This document shows, piece by piece, positions 1 through 9,222 of a DNA stretch of 64,000 bases. Under the pieces are notes generated by a model that was given only the letters and a program-made list of their open reading frames with translations, did not search any database and was not told the origin of the DNA. Source of the stretch: an uncultured Candidatus Saccharibacteria bacterium (GTDB lineage Bacteria; Patescibacteriota; Minisyncoccia; UBA6257; 1-14-0-10-44-23); contig CAZXKC010000002.1 of assembly GCA_964641225.1 (NCBI GenBank), positions 52,893 to 116,892 of the forward strand, in the 5' to 3' direction. Within the stretch, counting starts at the first letter, position 1. The number at the start of each line of letters is the position of its first letter. The position numbers and the translations under genes were made by a program.

Positions 1-174
1 TGGCTGGCCCGAACTTGGCGGATCAAGATAAATTGTTTTTTGAAAGACCCGAGCATTACATCGAGCCTGACATTTTTACGCAAAACACCGTGGGCGCGCG
101 AAAAAGTTGAGCAGCTCTACGTGAAAAGTATTTCGCCCTCAGCTCCGGCCGAGTATGGCGACTTCACATTGTAA
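1..174 (+). CDS. VF530/DUF2132-family small protein, 5'-truncated, apparent frameshift near nt 20
   Basis: Frame 1 reads [34 protein letters not shown]; the expected upstream GWPELG is in frame 2. Confidence 0.75.
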   Translation, partial: WLARTWRIKINCFLKDPSITSSLTFLRKTPWAREKVEQLYVKSISPSAPAEYGDFTL

Positions 175-183
175 ATCGAGCGG

Positions 184-1009
184 CTATTTAAAATTGCTGA
201 TAAATTGCAGGGGATCGACTGAGATACCGTTCACTTTCAGCGAGAGGTGAAGGTGTGGTGCGCTGGCCAAGCCGGTTTCGCCAAGAGTGCCAACTATAGT
301 GCCTTTTTTGACCGTGGCGCCTTGTTTGACCTTGAGGGTGTCTAAGTTGGAGGTAGAGGGTGTAAATGCCCTGACCGTGGTCGATAATGACCGAATTGCC
401 ATAGACCGGGTCGACGTAGGCTTTCGAGACAACGCCAGCATTGATAGCGGCCACAGAACTGCCTTTGGGCATCACAAAGTCTGTTCCCAGGTGATTGATT
501 CTCTCTTCACCGGTCTGTCTAATCTCGCCAAACGGGCTAGAGATGTTGCGGTTGTTAGCCAGCGGCAACGCAAACGGGGTCCTGAACCGAGTTTCTTTAG
601 TGACGATTTGTACTCCGGTGTTTATCGTTGAATTTACGGTTGCTAAATTTTGTACTAATTGCTGCGGCGTTTGATTTAATTTTGGTGGCACTGGCAAGAC
701 AATCACGTGCGGAGTGCGTGCGGCGATCGTAATAGTTTTTGTGACGCTACCCGTTTTAAATTCTGCAATCATCTGTTGCGAACCTGTTTTTGCGGTGAGT
801 GCTATCGGTGCTATCACGCGCCAACCGGTTTGATAGGGGAAAGCGGTGAGGGCTACGCTATTTAAAGTAACTTTTGTAGGCTGCTCATCAAACTTTGCAA
901 TCAATGTCTGGCCTTGCTGCAATCGCGGCGTGAGTATCTCAACCGTAGCCGCATGAGCGGGTAGGGCGAGCAAGTTAAGAAAGAGTGGGATGAGAAGGTA
1001 TCGGCGCAT
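184..1009 (-). CDS. M23-family metallopeptidase, split by a 1-nt frameshift at ~347
   Basis: Signal peptide and HLGTD (HxxxD) in ORF 188..1039; TGLASAPHLH (HxH) in ORF 184..441; removing one base restores YLHLDTLKVK. Confidence 0.85.
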
Positions 1010-1121
1010 ATATAGTAAGACGAGCTTAAGGAGCTTCATGTTACCATGAGTTTAATTAAAGAGGGCGTGCTTCGTCAGCGCTTGAGTCAGTAGTTAGCCA
1101 TTATTAGCTTCACATATCATT

Positions 1122-1271
1122 ATGAAGTCATTCTCATGCACGGATTTGGGTTCAACGACATGTAACTTTGTTGCTATGGGAAAGACTGAGGGGGAGGTAA
1201 TCGGAAAGATGAAGGCCATGGGTGAGGAGGGAATGAACGGGATGATGAAGCCAAAAGTTAAGACGGCATAG
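1122..1271 (+). CDS. DUF1059-like small protein (49 aa, not in ORF track)
   Basis: MKSFSCTDLGSTTCNFVAMGKTEGEVIGKM pattern; the usual His motif is missing. Confidence 0.5.
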   Translation: MKSFSCTDLGSTTCNFVAMGKTEGEVIGKMKAMGEEGMNGMMKPKVKTA

Positions 1272-1321
1272 GTAGATATCCAAACTCCGGCGAAAGCCTG
1301 AGTTTGTGTTAAAATTACGCA

Positions 1322-1975
1322 ATGCGAGCAGTAATTTCTAAATTTTTCGGAGACATTGGCCGGATTTTTAGCGAAAAAAATCTCGTCTGGCACGGGGCCG
1401 CTATCGTGATTACATATATTTTGGTTGTAACTGGATTTGATTGGTGGATCGTAACGACGTTTGGTCAGAGCACGGTGCGCTCAGTCGCTTTCAGCGCCGG
1501 GTTCATTGGGTTTTACGCGCCGATCGTCGTACCGCTGATCTATCTTGCTGTGGGGTATGCGCGCCGTAATAGCCAGTTCACTAAAACAGGTTGGCTCATT
1601 GCCCAGGCGGAAATTACCGGGTTACTGCTTTCATCGTTTTATAAAGTATTCACAGGTCGACCGGGGCCAACTCAATTTCACGCTGTGCCGCCGGTTGACA
1701 TGAGTCATGTATTTCGATTTGGGTTCTATGAAGGCGGCGTGTTTTGGGGGTGGCCGTCGTCACATATTACAGTCGCCGTTGCTGGAGCCGTCGTATTGAT
1801 GCTGCTGTATCGTCATAACACGGTGGTGAAATATCTAGCCTGTGCGTATGCAGTCTATATGGCGCTGGCTGTTTCAATTACGTTCCACTGGTTTAGTGAC
1901 GGCGTCGCCGGAGTGATTTTTGGTACGATCGTCGGGTTGACTGTTTTAAAATCTGCAAAGAAAATAAACATGTAG
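1322..1975 (+). CDS. PAP2-family membrane phosphatase
   Basis: KxxxGRPGP, PSSH and HWFSD motifs; multiple TM helices. Confidence 0.85.
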   Translation: MRAVISKFFGDIGRIFSEKNLVWHGAAIVITYILVVTGFDWWIVTTFGQSTVRSVAFSAGFIGFYAPIVVPLIYLAVGYARRNSQFTKTGWLIAQAEITGLLLSSFYKVFTGRPGPTQFHAVPPVDMSHVFRFGFYEGGVFWGWPSSHITVAVAGAVVLMLLYRHNTVVKYLACAYAVYMALAVSITFHWFSDGVAGVIFGTIVGLTVLKSAKKINM

Positions 1976-1978
1976 CGT

Positions 1979-2911
1979 ATGGATAAGGGTTTTAAAACGG
2001 GCGCATTAATCGTCCTGCTTGCCGGAGCAGGGTATCATTTTCGTGCGCCGCTTGTCGAAATTGCGACGCGCCTCAGTCAGAGTGTGCTGCCCTGTTCAAT
2101 CCCAATAAGCTATAGCCTTGGACACTTTGATACACAATTTGGAATTTCAAAAACAGATTTTTTAACCGCGGTTGCCCGGGCTGAGGCGTTATGGGAGAAG
2201 GCCGCCGGAAAAGAGTTGTTTAGGTATGCAGACAATGGGGGATTAAAAATAAACGTAGTGTATGATTCTCGTCAGCAGACAACGCAGCAGCTGCAAGAAA
2301 TAGGATCAACAGTTGCCGGTGCGCGCGCGTCGTATGATGCAATGAAGGCGCAGTATGCTGATTTGAATAGTCAGTATCAGGCTGATAAGGTGCGGCTCGA
2401 GAATGATGTGGCTGATTTTAATGGGCGACAAGAGGCATACAATCAGGAGGTTGCTCAGTGGAATGCCAAAGGCGGGGCACCAAAGGGAACGTATGAGCAA
2501 TTGCAGGCGCAGCAGCGTGCGCTTAAGGTTGAGGCTGCGCGGCTAAAAGAGCGACAAGAGGCGCTTAATCAGCAGGTCGCTCATATAAACGAACGTGTTG
2601 CTGAGCTTAATAAGGCTGCCAAAGATTTAAATCTCAATGTCGATATCTACAACGAGGTTGGTGCATCGCGTGGCGAAGAATTTGAAGAGGGCTTATTTAG
2701 AAGTGATATCAGCGGCCGGCAGATTGATATTTATCAGTATGATAGTCAATCAAAGCTCGTGCGTGTCCTTGCGCACGAGCTTGGTCACGCCTTGGGGCTC
2801 GATCACGTTGATGACGAAAAGGCGATTATGTACCGCTTAAATTCTGGAACCAGCCAGACGCTGACGGCGTCCGACAATGCAGTTCTCAAGAGTTTGTGCC
2901 GGATTAACTAA
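1979..2911 (+). CDS. Matrixin/M10-like zinc metalloprotease with a coiled-coil insert
   Basis: HELGHALGLDH plus Met-turn AIMY; N-terminal anchor. Confidence 0.85.
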   Translation: MDKGFKTGALIVLLAGAGYHFRAPLVEIATRLSQSVLPCSIPISYSLGHFDTQFGISKTDFLTAVARAEALWEKAAGKELFRYADNGGLKINVVYDSRQQTTQQLQEIGSTVAGARASYDAMKAQYADLNSQYQADKVRLENDVADFNGRQEAYNQEVAQWNAKGGAPKGTYEQLQAQQRALKVEAARLKERQEALNQQVAHINERVAELNKAAKDLNLNVDIYNEVGASRGEEFEEGLFRSDISGRQIDIYQYDSQSKLVRVLAHELGHALGLDHVDDEKAIMYRLNSGTSQTLTASDNAVLKSLCRIN

Positions 2912-2988
2912 TCCACAGGCATCTCTTGAAAAGGTGCTATACTAAATCTATATGGGACACTTAAAGGGTCACTAAAGCACTTGTGCTT

Positions 2989-3022
2989 AATCAAAAACAG
3001 CCCTCACGGGCTGTTTTTGATT
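2989..3022. terminator. Bidirectional intrinsic terminator
   Basis: aatcaaaaacagccc-tcac-gggctgtttttgatt between convergent genes. Confidence 0.75.
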
Positions 3023-3037
3023 TCCTGAATACATTTC

Positions 3038-4552
3038 TTATCGTGCGTTAAGCGCAGCCTGTGTGGCTGGACCAACGTAGCCTTTTGCATCTATGCCGCG
3101 GGCAGACTGGAATTTCATAACTGCGGCCTGAGTGAGGGCACCAAAGTGGCCAGTCACCGAACCAGAGAAGTATCCAAGGTCTTTAAGGCGCTGTTGTAGT
3201 GCGCTTACTTCGGCACCATCTGAGCCCACATCTAAGAACTGCGTGAAGGTGTATGAGCTGGCTGAGACGCTGGTATTGCTTGTTGCCGAGGTTGAGGCGC
3301 CCATGGCTGTAGCCAGTTGATTGAGTGCTGTTGCCATAACCTGAATCTGGGCAAGCATTTGAGTAAGCTGAAGCTGCATGGCTTGAATGACTGAGGTGAG
3401 AGAGGCACCCGTGTTGACTGGGGTAGTGACTGCCGGAGTTTGTGTAGTGGTCGTTGTCCCCGTCGTTGTTGTACTACCGGTGACCGTAATGTTGAACGTA
3501 TTGCATCCGCCCGAGGTTCCACAGACGGTCATTGATGAGGTGCCGGCTCCAGTACCTGTTAGCGTGATTGTGTTGCCGCTGAGTGTTGCGTTTGCTACCG
3601 CCGGAGCTGGATTTGAGGTGACAAAATATGAAGAGGCGGTGCCGCCAACCGTCACGGTGAGCGACTGACCAACCGCAAGGCTTGGACTCATGTTGCTGAA
3701 GGTGACGGCCTGGCTACCGCTGGTGCTACCGCCTGTTGCACTTACGGTAATATTGAGCGTTCCGCAGCCGTTTGAGGTTGAACAGATTGTAATCACCGAT
3801 GAGCCAATCTGGTTACCGGAGACGCTGATTTGGCTGCCATTGATTGATACGGGGACTGTGTCCGGCATCGTGTTGCCGCTGACATAGTAGCCCGAGCCAC
3901 CCGTAGCGGTGATCACGAGAGTCTGGCCGGGGACGATAGTTGCACTTTGGTTGCTGAATGAAAGACTACCGGAGCTGCTACCATTTGTACTCACTGTGAC
4001 GTTGATCGTTCCACAGCCGCCGGTCTGCGCACAGACAGTAATAGTGCTATTTCCTGCGGCTAAGGCTGACAGTGAGGCGATGCTTCCATTTACAGAGGCG
4101 GAGACAATCGTCGAGTTACTATTGCCGCCGAGGTAGTAGCTGCCGTTGCCGCCGGAGATCGTAATTGAAAGACTTTGACCGATTGTCATCGTCGGCGCAT
4201 TTTGGCTAAACGATAACGCGCTGCTGGTTGTCTGAGTTCCATCAGTTACGGTTACTGAGAGGTTAGTACAATCCGTCGAGGTATTAACGTAACAGATACT
4301 GAGCGTAGTTGAGCCGAGTGAGGCGCCTACGATGGTGATCTGTGTACCGTTTATCTGGATTGAGGCAACGTTCGGGTTTGACGTGCTCATGCGGTAGACG
4401 GCTGTGGCCGTCGCCGTTGAACTTACTGTTGTTGATTGGCCCAGTCCAATAGTCACCGAGGTCTGATTCAGTGCCGGAGCGGCAAAGGCAACCGATGCTG
4501 CGGACAGTAATGCTACTGTCGCGGTCGCAAAAATACTAAGATATCGTTTCAT
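3038..4552 (-). CDS. Secreted Ser/Thr-rich protein with four Ig-like repeats and a C-terminal peptidoglycan-binding domain
   Basis: Signal peptide; four ~85-aa beta repeats each ending in a Cys pair; LDVGSDGAEVSALQQRL...FGALTQAAVMKFQ. Confidence 0.85.
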   Translation of the reverse strand: MKRYLSIFATATVALLSAASVAFAAPALNQTSVTIGLGQSTTVSSTATATAVYRMSTSNPNVASIQINGTQITIVGASLGSTTLSICYVNTSTDCTNLSVTVTDGTQTTSSALSFSQNAPTMTIGQSLSITISGGNGSYYLGGNSNSTIVSASVNGSIASLSALAAGNSTITVCAQTGGCGTINVTVSTNGSSSGSLSFSNQSATIVPGQTLVITATGGSGYYVSGNTMPDTVPVSINGSQISVSGNQIGSSVITICSTSNGCGTLNITVSATGGSTSGSQAVTFSNMSPSLAVGQSLTVTVGGTASSYFVTSNPAPAVANATLSGNTITLTGTGAGTSSMTVCGTSGGCNTFNITVTGSTTTTGTTTTTQTPAVTTPVNTGASLTSVIQAMQLQLTQMLAQIQVMATALNQLATAMGASTSATSNTSVSASSYTFTQFLDVGSDGAEVSALQQRLKDLGYFSGSVTGHFGALTQAAVMKFQSARGIDAKGYVGPATQAALNAR

Positions 4553-4609
4553 AAATTATAAAATGTTAATAATAACGTTCTTGCATACTACTACTTAATT
4601 TTAGCACTT

Positions 4610-5773
4610 TTATTTCCACAAATTCCAGACGTGAGCGGCTACGTTGACTGGCGTACCTTCAAGCGGGAAGTGGTGTAAATCAATAAATGGCAAAGAATTG
4701 CATTCAATCACGCCCCACTGTTGTCTATTCGGATCTTGCGTGATGTCGGGGATGATAAAATCAAAGCCCATGACCGGAAAATCAACCAGTCGGCCAACTT
4801 CTTCTAATATTTTTTTTGTCTCCGGATGAGTGATTGCGATCTCCTCGGCTTTATATCCGCCATAGCCAATACCAATTTTCTCCATCACATCAATTGTTTT
4901 ACTCTGCGGTAATTTTGTCTCAAGCGTGTAGTTGTTGCGCGCCAAAAAATCCTCAATATACGGTGTTACGACAACCTCTTTTACTTCTGATTTGCGATGC
5001 TTATTTTTAAGTTCGATCAGCTCGCCAATGGTATGTTTACCATCGCCGGTGATGCGCGGTGGGTCGCCGCGCAGAACACCTACGAGCGTTCCGTTTACGA
5101 TCGTAGCACGGTACACGCTCCCAATGAGATGCTCCTCCATCACCAGACGCTCTGCGATCTGTTTAGCTGCCTTATATGCCTTTTTAAGCTGCTTTTCAGT
5201 ATAAATATACGTTGTGGTGTGCCGGCCCCGCGAGCCAAGCGCAGGCTTAATAATGACTGGTTTGCGCAGCATCTTAAAGACGCGCAACATCTCCTTCCAG
5301 GTTGTAAATCCGCCGCCGCGCGCGGCTGGCAGTCCTGCGGCTAGGATTTTTTCTTTGAGTTTAACTTTGTCGTCGAGCCACTGATTTGCGTCGGTATTTA
5401 AATGACGGGGAATTGGCAGGCTTTCAAAAAATATTGTTTCACCGTTAACGATCGCTGCATGAAAATCAGTCGGTTTACCGAACACTAGCATTTGTCTCAT
5501 CGGAATCCCGCGCGCCTGCGCCTCCTGCCAGATTACCTTTGAGCGACTGCTGCGGGATTTAGATATGTCGTCGTTAAAACGAATCACGCCCATTTTTTCA
5601 AAGGCATTGATAATGTAGGGCAGGGCATAGTGAAATGCCGGGTCAAAAAGTTTGCGCAGTCCAATTTTATATGCGAACTGGTCAATCGGATCCATTAACG
5701 CTGAAAAAATCTCATTTGTCTTAGCAAGACTGTGGGGGATTGGATTGTTGCCGCAGTAGTAGCATGGCCTCAT
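4610..5773 (-). CDS. Stand-alone ATP-grasp protein (cyanophycin synthetase ATP-grasp-like)
   Basis: DDKVKLK, IIKPALGSRG, PPRITGDG, GFDFI, IECNSLP; likely start MRPCYYCG. Confidence 0.75.
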   Translation of the reverse strand: MRPCYYCGNNPIPHSLAKTNEIFSALMDPIDQFAYKIGLRKLFDPAFHYALPYIINAFEKMGVIRFNDDISKSRSSRSKVIWQEAQARGIPMRQMLVFGKPTDFHAAIVNGETIFFESLPIPRHLNTDANQWLDDKVKLKEKILAAGLPAARGGGFTTWKEMLRVFKMLRKPVIIKPALGSRGRHTTTYIYTEKQLKKAYKAAKQIAERLVMEEHLIGSVYRATIVNGTLVGVLRGDPPRITGDGKHTIGELIELKNKHRKSEVKEVVVTPYIEDFLARNNYTLETKLPQSKTIDVMEKIGIGYGGYKAEEIAITHPETKKILEEVGRLVDFPVMGFDFIIPDITQDPNRQQWGVIECNSLPFIDLHHFPLEGTPVNVAAHVWNLWK

Positions 5774-6039
5774 GTTTTGAGTATACTTTATCCCGCGATC
5801 TAGACAAATTTGCATCAGCTCACGAAGGATCGCCACAAGGAGTAGGTTTACCTACTTCGAGGATGTCCCGACACAGAGATGATGCAAATTTGCCTGATCC
5901 CTTTGGGTTGCAGCCCGGCTGCCGCCTGATCTCGTTGCTCGCAAAAGCCCATGCTAAAGCATATTGTCTTTTGCGCACGCCGAGCCGGTCAGGCAGCCGG
6001 ATCAGCAACGCGGCGGAAAGATGCTCAGAGCATGGGGCT
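5766..6039. repeat. Structured MITE-like repeat, family A, copy 1
   Basis: Nested inverted repeats; core blocks shared with 22215..22409. Confidence 0.7.
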
Positions 6040-6071
6040 TAGCCATATTAAGGTATTGTATAATGAAGCAT

Positions 6072-6542
6072 ATGGATGAACAAGAAATTATTTGGTCTTC
6101 GCCGGAATTCCATGTTGTAGAACGGAGCTCAAACTGGTATCTGGCTAGTTTAGTAGTTGCTGCCGCAATTGCTATATTTTGTTTGTTTCAGAAGAATTTT
6201 CTCTTTTTGCTCTTTGTGATCATCGCCGAGACAACGCTGCTTTTTATGACGAAACAAAAGCCGAAACTTTTTGGATATGAAATTACCAGTCAGGGGATTA
6301 CGGTTGATGATGTGCTGGTCTATAAATTCTCGGAAATGAACGGGTTTGCGATCGTTGATGACGGGGTCAGTATGTATGTTGAGCTGGTGATTCGGCCGAT
6401 AAAAAAGCTTGGTCAGTACGGCAAGATTTTATTGCCGCGGGTGATGACCGGTGAGGTGTTTGCAGTGCTTTCGCGATATACCTCGGAATTCAAATATGAG
6501 GAGACAATGACCGAGTCTATGATTAAGAGAATCGGGTTATAG
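6072..6542 (+). CDS. Two-TM membrane protein with a PH-like soluble domain
   Basis: W-x-x-P-E-F N-terminus, 2 TM, beta-rich C-terminus. Confidence 0.65.
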   Translation: MDEQEIIWSSPEFHVVERSSNWYLASLVVAAAIAIFCLFQKNFLFLLFVIIAETTLLFMTKQKPKLFGYEITSQGITVDDVLVYKFSEMNGFAIVDDGVSMYVELVIRPIKKLGQYGKILLPRVMTGEVFAVLSRYTSEFKYEETMTESMIKRIGL

Positions 6543-6562
6543 ACGTCAGTAGGTATATAGAT

Positions 6563-7054
6563 ATGCATGTTCAGGAACTGTATTGGAAAGCGCCTGACTT
6601 TCGAAGAGCCAGGAAGCGTGCCACCTGGCACAGCCTTACTATTTTTGTAGCCATTGGACTCGGGATTGTTGCATTCATAGAAAGTAGCATCCCGTTTTTT
6701 ATTGGGATTATTATTGTTGAATTTTTTATTCTGATCGGTTCAAAGCGAGGGCGGGTAATTACGGCGGAGTATAGAGTTGATCGCGTTGGATTATGGTATG
6801 GCTCTGAACTTGTATATCGACGCGAAGAGATTGTGCGTTTTGACATTAGAGATCACGGTGATGCGCTTGACGTTGTGCCGTGGTGTGAATTGATTTTAGC
6901 GGTGCGCGGTCGGCGGCCTAATATTCGGCGCATGCTTATTCCGCACGAGAAACGGAAAGAGCTTCGATCGTATCTTATCGATGCGTGGCAGATTCAGGAA
7001 TTTGAATACCGAATCGGCGCCATTGGGTTTCTTAGGCGCTTACTGGGGTTGTAG
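6563..7054 (+). CDS. Two-TM membrane protein, tandem paralogue of the preceding gene
   Basis: WKAPDF N-terminus; same layout and similar C-terminus (F.Y....R.LGL). Confidence 0.65.
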   Translation: MHVQELYWKAPDFRRARKRATWHSLTIFVAIGLGIVAFIESSIPFFIGIIIVEFFILIGSKRGRVITAEYRVDRVGLWYGSELVYRREEIVRFDIRDHGDALDVVPWCELILAVRGRRPNIRRMLIPHEKRKELRSYLIDAWQIQEFEYRIGAIGFLRRLLGL

Positions 7055-7115
7055 AAACGACTTTACAGAAGTTGCCTTTTTTCACGTTTTCGTATAAAAT
7101 TCAAAAACTGTAAAC

Positions 7116-7178
7116 GCTCTTGTCGTTCCCGCCCCTGTAGGGGCGAGGCTCGCCCAAAGTATTGGGCGGCAATGGATA
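7116..7178 (+). pseudogene. Duplicated 5' fragment of tRNA-Arg interrupted by a 42-nt double hairpin
   Basis: gctcttgtcgttc (7116-7128) and aatggata (7171-7178) match tRNA nt 1-21. Confidence 0.75.
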
Positions 7179-7262
7179 CCCTTTTATAGTATTCTTGTTG
7201 AGAGGGTGCAAGTGTCAGTTTGGCGAATGCTTGGTGGGTTAGCATAGTTCGCGATAGTCAAA

Positions 7263-7334
7263 GCTCTTGTCGTTCAATGGATAGGACAGCCGCCTGCGAA
7301 GTGGCAAATGTAGGTTCGATTCCTACCGAGAGCA
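7263..7334 (+). tRNA. tRNA-Arg (GCG)
   Basis: Acceptor gctcttg/cgagagc; anticodon arm gccgc-ct-GCG-aa-gtggc; GGTTCGATTCC T-arm; CCA not encoded. Confidence 0.92.
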
Positions 7335-7336
7335 CA

Positions 7337-8369
7337 CTGTTGTAAAAGACTCATTCAAAGAGTCGATATGCGTTTGTTTTGTAAGCTTCTGTGGAGGCTC
7401 TAGCCAAGCATGGGGTTCCCACCTCTCAATTAGATTTTTTTCACTCATAAGCACAAGTAAGCCCATTCAAATATAGCTTCTTGGTCTTTTGGTGGAAGGT
7501 TCTAGTAATGCATAGAATACAAGCTCTGAGATTCTGTATCTCAATAATGATCTATACAGATAGCCCCAGTCATCGCACGGTCTCCCGTGGGGCTTCCGTT
7601 AGTCCTGCCTAGATACTTTCTAAGAAACCCTAAGAAAAACTCCATATGGGTCGCCGTGGTGAGTCTTTTTTAGCTAAAATAAGAAAGATTTGGTAAAATC
7701 AATTTATGAAAGAAATTATTGGCGTCATTGCGGTTATTCTAACTTTTGTGGCATATGTTCCGTATTATCGGGACATTCTTAAAGGAAAAACTCATCCACA
7801 CATATATAGTTGGTCGCTATGGGCGTTACTGACAATCTTACTCGTTGCCCTGCAGATTAAAGGTGGTGCTGGTCCTGCTACTTGGGTTACTGCTGCGGCG
7901 GGTCTTTTGTGTGTTGGAGTAGTTTTATTCAGTCTCAAAAGTGGGAAAAAGAACATTACTATATCAGATACGGTTGTAGCTATTCTGTCACTTATCGCAA
8001 TTGGTTTTTGGCTTATTGCTGATCAGCCGATAGTATCTATAACCCTGGTTATTGTTGCTGATATGTTGGCATTCATTCCAACGGTTCGTAAGTCGTACCA
8101 AGATCCTTATTCTGAAACATTATCACTCTATGTTACAAATGCACTACGATTTACTCTTGCACTATTAGCAGTGGAGCATTACACCTATCTCTCCACATCT
8201 TGGATTGTGGCTTGGATAATTGGAAATGCCCTACTCTCGATACTTCTCATCGTGCGACGAATGCAAATCAAGAGAAGTAATTAAAGACTTTGAATTTTAG
8301 ACAGTCACCTCGGCAGGCAGAACAAGAGCCGGAACACTCGTAAATTGGTTTCTAGCGGCGTACAATAGG
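7337..8369. mobile_element. Decayed integrative islet at the tRNA-Arg 3' end
   Basis: GAGCACA direct repeat at 7330-7336 and 8370-8376; terminator displaced to the distal copy; AT-rich interior. Confidence 0.55.
7706..8284 (+). CDS. Multi-pass membrane protein (PQ-loop/SWEET-like duplicated fold)
   Basis: PYYRDILKGKTHP and PTVRKSYQDP internal repeat; 6-7 TM. Confidence 0.7.
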   Translation: MKEIIGVIAVILTFVAYVPYYRDILKGKTHPHIYSWSLWALLTILLVALQIKGGAGPATWVTAAAGLLCVGVVLFSLKSGKKNITISDTVVAILSLIAIGFWLIADQPIVSITLVIVADMLAFIPTVRKSYQDPYSETLSLYVTNALRFTLALLAVEHYTYLSTSWIVAWIIGNALLSILLIVRRMQIKRSN

Positions 8370-8370
8370 G

Positions 8371-8420
8371 AGCACAAAACCAAAACACCTGCGCTAATGC
8401 AGGTGTTTTGGTTTTGTGCT
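8371..8420. terminator. Perfect 22-bp-stem hairpin terminator
   Basis: agcacaaaaccaaaacacctgc-gctaat-gcaggtgttttggttttgtgct. Confidence 0.8.
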
Positions 8421-8487
8421 TAATGAGTAACTTAAGGTGAGGCCGGGCTTAATCTCCGATTAAGCCCGGCCTTTGAATGATGTGTCG

Positions 8488-9123
8488 TCACGAGATAAAG
8501 ACCTCGCGTACGCTTTCTTGCTCATTGTCGTCGAGCAGGCCTCGAATGCTTTCGTAGACGTCGTCCCAGGCTGAACGAAACTCTTCGGGCGTAATTCCGG
8601 CGCGCTTCGAGTCGTACACGCCTATGACATCGCCGTCCTCGGAAATCGATTCGACGAAGGTTGCGCGCTCGACAAGAGCTGCAACTCTGTGATGAGCTGC
8701 GCGAACCCGATCAAGCATCGCTGTGAGTTCTCGATCTGTTCGGTCGCGTCGAAGTCGAGACATGGCGGCGATGAATTTCGGAGGAATATCGCTCGGAACC
8801 TTTCCTTCGATGATCCCAGCCAGGCTTCCATAATAGCGCGCTTCAGCGGCAATCTTTTTCTCTCTGTAATCAACAGAAGCTACCTGCTTGATCTGTACCT
8901 CCGGAGTTGATACTGAGGCGGGCTGCTCCTGAATTTCGGCTTTGACGACCTCTTTCGGGCTTTCTAGATTGCGTGGCCGTGAGGCCGAGCTCGACTTTGC
9001 ATCTGTGCGCACAACCCCGGTCTGCTTGGTGTCCGAGGTCGAATCTACTGGATAGCGGTAGGCGAGTCCGCATACCAAGCCAAACAGGAAGATGAGGCAA
9101 AAACGAACGGATCGACTGAACAT
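8488..9123 (-). CDS. Hypothetical membrane-anchored protein (orphan cassette)
   Basis: 211-aa ORF, N-terminal TM, G-rich SD, downstream hairpin 8440-8474. Confidence 0.65.
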   Translation of the reverse strand: MFSRSVRFCLIFLFGLVCGLAYRYPVDSTSDTKQTGVVRTDAKSSSASRPRNLESPKEVVKAEIQEQPASVSTPEVQIKQVASVDYREKKIAAEARYYGSLAGIIEGKVPSDIPPKFIAAMSRLRRDRTDRELTAMLDRVRAAHHRVAALVERATFVESISEDGDVIGVYDSKRAGITPEEFRSAWDDVYESIRGLLDDNEQESVREVFIS

Positions 9124-9222
9124 GGCCCCCCTTTTCGTATATATGTCCTGTGTGCAGTAAAAATGCCGAGACCCAGCACAATTAATGCATGTACTCGTAA
9201 GGATCGCAAGTAGTAATGAATA

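Noticed and set aside
340-352. Programmed frameshift or pseudogene in the M23 peptidase (and in DUF2132 at ~20)
   Set aside because: Single-base indels with intact motifs and no slippery site; a sequencing or assembly error is more likely. Reads would decide.
5964-6062. N-terminal extensions in the ORF track (5964, 11040, 13506, 22621, 54883)
   Set aside because: They run through repeats or leaders; downstream starts fit the family N-termini or SD sites better.
7344-7670. Novel ~330-nt ncRNA bounded by aaaagactca/tgagtctttt
   Set aside because: The stems are short, and part of the region is better explained as a decayed coding relic on the minus strand; not fully excluded.
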